Positions 59,501-64,000 of a DNA stretch of 64,000 bases are shown here, piece after piece (within the stretch, counting starts at the first letter, position 1; the number at the start of each line of letters is the position of its first letter). The notes under the pieces are model-generated. The model saw nothing but the letters and a program-made list of their open reading frames with translations, was not told the origin of the DNA and made no database searches. A program made the translations under genes and the position numbers. Origin of the DNA: Candidatus Thorarchaeota archaeon (GTDB lineage Archaea; Asgardarchaeota; Thorarchaeia; Thorarchaeales; Thorarchaeaceae); NCBI GenBank assembly GCA_046482545.1, contig JAWOEX010000039.1:136898-200897 (forward strand), in the 5' to 3' direction.

Positions 59501-62500
59501 AGACAAGTAGTCACTATAACGGATGGTTGCACTAGCATTGAAAAACATGTAAGCAGGTGGAGTTGAAAGCACTCCCATCTGTGTGAACCTTGCTGTTATG
59601 GACACTTCTGTTGAAGTTGTTGCATTAGCATAGAAAGGTGTCACATCGCCCCAGTGGAAGCGCAATTCAATTGGATAATCATCTGTAAGCGATTGACTAA
59701 GCTTGCTGGAATTGATTGAGATAATGTAGACCCCATCATCACCAGATATGTCATACTCTGAATCCTCTAGCAATGTGTCAACACCATGATGAATGATGAG
59801 AACATCTTTAGATGCATTCACGCCTTCACCGCTTATCGAATCTGTTACTGTTATTTCGAAGGATACGTTCTCCAAGTAAGCAGTGCTAAGAGGGGATTCT
59901 GAAACTGTGAATGATATAGGTCTTCTAGAGACCTCAAGACTAACACTCGTGCTCCGTCCTAGATAGTATGGGGAACCAGTCCAGTTGACTATCACCGAAA
60001 TGGAATAAGTCCCGAAATCTCCAAGAGCTTGGTCGGTTGAAATTGAAATCGTGTAGTTACCGTCACCATGATCCTCTATCCAATAGTTTGTTCCAAGCTC
60101 AAGTTCGTTCTGGGCTGTGTCACAGGTCGCATATACATCCGCACTAGGAACTCCAGCCCCATCATTATCATCTGTGTATGCTACTGTGATGTTGGCAAGG
60201 GTCTGATAGGGTGCCAATGATGGTAATTCGCTGGTTAGCTGTGTCATTCGCCTCGTTATTTTCAGGTAGAAATAATCTGTGGCGTTTTCACAGAATCTCG
60301 TGCCACGATAGGTGATATTCGCATTCACTTGATAAGTACCCAGTGCCGCAAATGCGGTGGTATTCAATCGTAATGTGTAGTTTCCGGTGCCTTGGTCGAT
60401 TATCTCATAATACCCAATGAGAGATGAATTAAGAGCTAATATACTTCCTTCCATTCCGCTTGTGCTATAATCATCTAAATCACGGAAAGTGAACACCAAA
60501 GTGAGATTATTGCCATACTGAATAGGACCATAGGATCCATGAACCAGCTCAGTATAGCGGTATCTTACTGTTATGGGAATCTCGGAGGATGTTCTGTTCT
60601 GATAGAACGGTTCACCAATCCAAGTGAAATTCAGATGAAAGTTGTGACTACCAGGCTCCCAACTCGAAGTGTTTAGTTCAATAATGAATTCACCCGAAGC
60701 ATCACCAGCATAGAATACAGAATACAGAATGCTTTCCCTGATGGACACACTCAGAGCTGAAGAATTGAGTATTGGTTCGCCGCTCAACACGTCTGTGTAA
60801 ACAACGGTGAGGTTGACCAATTCATCGTATGGCGTGACCGGCAGCGGTTGCCAATCAACAGTGCTTTGTCTGTATGTTGCATGGACTGAGACTGTCAAGG
60901 ACTGATTTTCATAGAGCGGTAGTTGCCCACTTGTCCAGTTCAACCATATCATCAAGTCATAAGAGCCCAGACCGCTGAGATGGCTCGTATTGAATTCAAT
61001 CAAATATTCACCAGGACTACCTACTGGGTCTGACTCATTGATGAACATGTCATTCTGGCTAAGAGTTTCGCCAGAAGTAAGAACTTCCACATTTAGGTAG
61101 ACATTGTCAGGATACAGTCCAGTAGAATTCGATATCCCTGTATCGTTTGCAAGGTCGTAATAGACCACAGTGAAACTGATGTTTTCTCCGTACGGAGTCA
61201 TCACGGGACTTTGTCCGAGATAAATATTGGTGGGTGTTCCGACGATTGTCACATCAGTTTCTATGGTACGGTTGTAATACTTCCGGGTGGGTCCAGTCCA
61301 GTTGACAAGAATCGTGAGGTCCTTTTCACCTGTCGAACCCCATTGATCCGCCGCAATGAGGATAGTATACTCTCCAGCCTGACTACCGTTAGACACGGAG
61401 AAATCAACAGACAGTAAGGTAGAACTCTTCACTTCTAGGAGGACATTGTATCCTGTGGCACTTCCATTCGTAATTCCAGTGTCCGCATCAATATCGTAGT
61501 ACACAACATATGCTTCTATATCGCCAGTGTAGGGAGTTGGTTCTATAGGATTATCCAAGTAAAACGAGGTCAGGTGAGTCCTTAGTTCAACTGCTAGTGT
61601 AAATGTATGATTCTGAGTTGCATATCTTCGAATATCGAAAACTACATCGTAGGTATCAAGAACATCCGAATCTTCAGAAAATAATGTAACTTCATACTCC
61701 CCAGGGGAGATTTCGACTACTGTGTAATTCTCCTCACCTGAAGAATGAATATCAGACCAGTTACAACTAATTGCATCCGCTGCACCTGTGATTGGCTGGT
61801 CGTGGTCTGTATCTCGATAGGTTATGGTGAACGAACTTTGATAACCTACAGGTAGAGAAACCTTGCTTGTTGAAGGAATAGCTGAAGTCAACAGTTCCCT
61901 AACTTGGACTGAAAGGACTATTGTGCGACTTTCGCAGTAATCCTGCGAGGCGTTGATTTCTAGTCGATATGTATCCAGAGGTGTGTTGTCTGTTTCTAAT
62001 GTGAGTCTGTAGTATCCCGGACTGTCTACCACCTCTTCAACAGAGTATCCATCGTGTGACCAGTTAGCTATTATCGATGCATCCGTTATAGGATTAGATT
62101 CCTCATCCTCAAAATAGAGCTCAATCTCGCCATCATATCCACCCGGAATATCGATCCCCGGTGCATCTGGGGAGAGCAGTTCAGTATCGAAAATCACATT
62201 GATTGTGAAGGTAGTCGTAATGGGGTCGTAATAATCATCGGTCCACTCTAGGCTAACCGGATATGCATCTCTATCCGTCACCTTGCTAGTATTCAATGTA
62301 ACACTATACTCACCAGTGCCCATATCATTCAATACCCCGGGGCCAACAGCCCAAGAGTAGGTCATTTCGCCGCCAGGCAGGAGTTCGCCATTGTCCGCAT
62401 CCTTAATCCTGAATTGCAGTAATACGGGGTCTCCGTACGATACATTCTTGGACCACGAGCTTTGAGATCCGAGTGGATACTTCACACTAATATCGGTTGA

Positions 62501-64000
62501 ATGTTGAATCGAGAACTGTCTTCTATAGAAACCCACGTTTCGAGTAACGCCACCAGATATAGAATCAGCAACTTCCGCCTGCACTTCCCACGTGCCCACG
62601 GAAGCATTGTATGCATCGAAGTTTATGAAATCGGTTATTGCCTCGCCATTGCTGTCTACTGTAGCCTGTAGATTAGTCCAAACACTACCATTAGGAGCAT
62701 ACACTGTGAAATTCACGATATCATTCTGATAAGCGGCAGGCAACGTAGCCTTGAATCTGGAATCGTTGTTCGCCCTGAAAACCTCGGTTCTTGACCACTG
62801 AGAAAGATCTTGATTCCAAACCTCAAGATTCTGAATCATGTTCGGAGATGACCCTTTTAACAACCAGAATCCGTTTTGTTGGTCTATGGTTATTTCATGA
62901 GCCGATACATTCACCAATCCGTCACCCGGGTCTCCATAATTCCAACCATATGTGAGATTCGTAGTCCGGTCAGTTGGCTGTGCTACATAGTCAATGTCTC
63001 TATTCTGAGGGAGAGAAATGTTGAAGAAATACTTGGAGGAGTAGCCACCCGGGACTGCCGCATAGAAGTTCGTTTGCCATCTCACATTGCTTGCATTCTC
63101 AACAGAATAGCTGTCACCGACTAGGAAGTCCTCAGCATCATATATTGTGGATACATTGTATCTTCTAGCATAGGCTGTAACAGAGGCGTCAAGCTGGACG
63201 TTGATATCGAAATTGGGATCTGGTGGATCAGGAGAGGGGTTCCAAGAGAAGTTTGCGTAGGCTGCTCCCTGACTCCATGGATTTGGAGGGGAATAAGAAA
63301 TGGTTCCCAGTCCGTGGACAGGATTACCGCCATCTATGACATTCGATACGGCCTGCCCATTCATTTCCAAGTTGATGTTCTCAGGGGTAGCTTTTGCTTT
63401 GATATATATGACTAGGTTATCCAAACGCCCTTGTGGTACAATATCGGGTTGGTACCACTCCAACTGCGTAACTCTCAAACCACTCCATATACTTAGATTA
63501 GGGAGGGAAAAAGAAGAGGGGTCAACCGAGACAAGGCCTGAAGAAAACCAAGACTCATCACTATCAATAGCATCAAATTTCTTCGACCATAGATACTCAC
63601 CTCCATTATCTGGATCTCCATCGCTAACAAACAATTCAAAGAACCCGGTCATATACGGATCGGGCCACCCAGAGCTGTCAGCCCAATAGTCTAGGGACAC
63701 ACCCATCCAAGTGATATCCCCTCGGTCAATGGTTAGATCTTGAGTCACGTAGGCCTTGTCACCGGGATCGTACCAGTATCCATCTTGGTCGCTAGTATTG
63801 TAATAGTATCCTGTTATCTCAAAAAATGTGGAACCATCACCTGTCCCATGCCCATCCGAATCCCACTCAGAAATAAATTCATTGTCTTCATCACTTTCCG
63901 GGTACGTTTTTGGTTCATTGTGATATGTATAATTCCAGATTGAATCGTCATCAAATCCAGAATTCTCTATCCATGTGCGATTTTCTGTTATGTCTGTTAC
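56537..64000 (-). CDS. Giant surface protein paralog (more than 2480 aa, 5' end beyond the window)
   Basis: Frame stays open from 63748 to 64000 (VTDITENRTWIENSGF aligns with VFDLTENRTWVTDPGF of the paralog); same repeat/TM/tail architecture; GTGA stop/start overlap at 56537-56540. Confidence 0.85.
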   Translation of the reverse strand, partial: VTDITENRTWIENSGFDDDSIWNYTYHNEPKTYPESDEDNEFISEWDSDGHGTGDGSTFFEITGYYYNTSDQDGYWYDPGDKAYVTQDLTIDRGDITWMGVSLDYWADSSGWPDPYMTGFFELFVSDGDPDNGGEYLWSKKFDAIDSDESWFSSGLVSVDPSSFSLPNLSIWSGLRVTQLEWYQPDIVPQGRLDNLVIYIKAKATPENINLEMNGQAVSNVIDGGNPVHGLGTISYSPPNPWSQGAAYANFSWNPSPDPPDPNFDINVQLDASVTAYARRYNVSTIYDAEDFLVGDSYSVENASNVRWQTNFYAAVPGGYSSKYFFNISLPQNRDIDYVAQPTDRTTNLTYGWNYGDPGDGLVNVSAHEITIDQQNGFWLLKGSSPNMIQNLEVWNQDLSQWSRTEVFRANNDSRFKATLPAAYQNDIVNFTVYAPNGSVWTNLQATVDSNGEAITDFINFDAYNASVGTWEVQAEVADSISGGVTRNVGFYRRQFSIQHSTDISVKYPLGSQSSWSKNVSYGDPVLLQFRIKDADNGELLPGGEMTYSWAVGPGVLNDMGTGEYSVTLNTSKVTDRDAYPVSLEWTDDYYDPITTTFTINVIFDTELLSPDAPGIDIPGGYDGEIELYFEDEESNPITDASIIANWSHDGYSVEEVVDSPGYYRLTLETDNTPLDTYRLEINASQDYCESRTIVLSVQVRELLTSAIPSTSKVSLPVGYQSSFTITYRDTDHDQPITGAADAISCNWSDIHSSGEENYTVVEISPGEYEVTLFSEDSDVLDTYDVVFDIRRYATQNHTFTLAVELRTHLTSFYLDNPIEPTPYTGDIEAYVVYYDIDADTGITNGSATGYNVLLEVKSSTLLSVDFSVSNGSQAGEYTILIAADQWGSTGEKDLTILVNWTGPTRKYYNRTIETDVTIVGTPTNIYLGQSPVMTPYGENISFTVVYYDLANDTGISNSTGLYPDNVYLNVEVLTSGETLSQNDMFINESDPVGSPGEYLIEFNTSHLSGLGSYDLMIWLNWTSGQLPLYENQSLTVSVHATYRQSTVDWQPLPVTPYDELVNLTVVYTDVLSGEPILNSSALSVSIRESILYSVFYAGDASGEFIIELNTSSWEPGSHNFHLNFTWIGEPFYQNRTSSEIPITVRYRYTELVHGSYGPIQYGNNLTLVFTFRDLDDYSTSGMEGSILALNSSLIGYYEIIDQGTGNYTLRLNTTAFAALGTYQVNANITYRGTRFCENATDYFYLKITRRMTQLTSELPSLAPYQTLANITVAYTDDNDGAGVPSADVYATCDTAQNELELGTNYWIEDHGDGNYTISISTDQALGDFGTYSISVIVNWTGSPYYLGRSTSVSLEVSRRPISFTVSESPLSTAYLENVSFEITVTDSISGEGVNASKDVLIIHHGVDTLLEDSEYDISGDDGVYIISINSSKLSQSLTDDYPIELRFHWGDVTPFYANATTSTEVSITARFTQMGVLSTPPAYMFFNASATIRYSDYLSGEGIGGADISVSSQNVTSFEYWVYDLADGSYEIRVNTTGLSGLGTYYFKANATWTGIPYYQNRTGLSFSITVNPVSTSLKFELPASPTYYPGDQIVGNISFVDIVTSTGIEDASVQTGWGDSYGTSYEISEIGNGIYNLSINTTGLDAGWYDFEINASKIFHVNQSIQAEILLSAFPVEIQIEISPETPEWGDVFNVTVNVTDLQNYDPVSDATVNVTFSGDIFLADEVANGIYNCTFNSTDYTAGQYTITVAFEKFNYETREKDAQIKIAKLASTLSAAVVLEPGQSTVVNGENVTVRANYTLQGETTPITDGSVTYDWIGGTGSLSWDTEQASYTGVFTVSGVPIGSHQFLLRATSSNYKSVNTQLLIEVKQISTELAPFGNETVLSVISGDQVNVTVYLNNTDLGIAVSGANLTFSIGSVTGNLPDIGDGYYSGNVSTEILQIREWTLSVSSFKDGYESSVIRFTVEVEKIPTRIAVVGDAFQEAFYGQNVTYNLTFSDSHNNVGIVNASTSYSFASSSGTLIDEGDGEYSLIVNTTTVSAGSLPHTISITFSKERYSYAYGNVRILVKPIPTQILGSEEVDFPVGDDYSQFFGFRDTLHNKSVMDATATAIWEFGTVQLTNLNNGSYRFGPAETNDSRLQIRSEPYRIRIVFSRGNYSQAVLLVDLTIRPIKTEVIIENDLNQVYVGEPFLLVVTFLDIDHGVPIANAANDTPSLQLTRSPDIDIDYGNGTYAFGFVANNVRKYQINVTLSASDYEDGEVSITIYSLLTPEQEALVTGFSYGMVGLIALVILGALYVKVLSVPKMLRWLRSMVGRLEKGEVPEAKPVRSRREVLMEMMNEDLESVHIRKTTNDVAPSTVDVSVLDIEELLDELAKIVGLTEDDVALLRDDLEAMRPSERPGFVSEVIRQEKARRAREIKKKARKAEEPEIERGLSEAELDDLRRRLEARGMESSEVDLIVEQARNLSRAEIDALLDQLGGDEQ

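Noticed and set aside
63749-64000. Frameshift or true start at 63748 for the second giant protein
   Set aside because: The frame is open for 84 more codons to the window edge and aligns with the paralog, so the gene is simply truncated by the window.
1-64000. tRNA or rRNA genes
   Set aside because: No cloverleaf/T-loop consensus or rRNA-like segment was seen in the intergenic gaps by eye; tRNAscan-SE would be needed to exclude intron-containing tRNAs.

Overview
Chromosomal segment of an archaeon, most likely an Asgard archaeon (Thorarchaeia-like). This is inferred from a Rab-like small GTPase, archaeal-type ThrRS and TyrRS, and giant Ig-like surface proteins. Most of the window is housekeeping and metabolic genes: CopA, PPDK, amino-acid dehydrogenases, an aminopeptidase, a PAS histidine kinase, an acyl-CoA synthetase and a PPP phosphatase. 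The most interesting parts are: (1) a ~130-nt non-coding element present twice (2578-2708 minus, 22404-22534 plus), about 90% identical in its 3' core with conserved, sequence-divergent hairpins, where one copy follows what looks like a tnpB 3' remnant (omegaRNA-like) and the other stands alone upstream of thrS; (2) a 131-bp MITE with 18-bp TIRs and a 9-bp target-site duplication; (3) two translationally coupled ~2,500-aa paralogous surface proteins with a highly conserved cytoplasmic tail; (4) a DUF362/UbiA/PHP/flippase operon that may make a lipid-linked pentose; (5) an 8-repeat FG-GAP propeller surface protein; and (6) several unannotated pseudogenes. No rRNA, tRNA or CRISPR array was recognised. 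All family assignments come from motifs read by eye, not from database searches.
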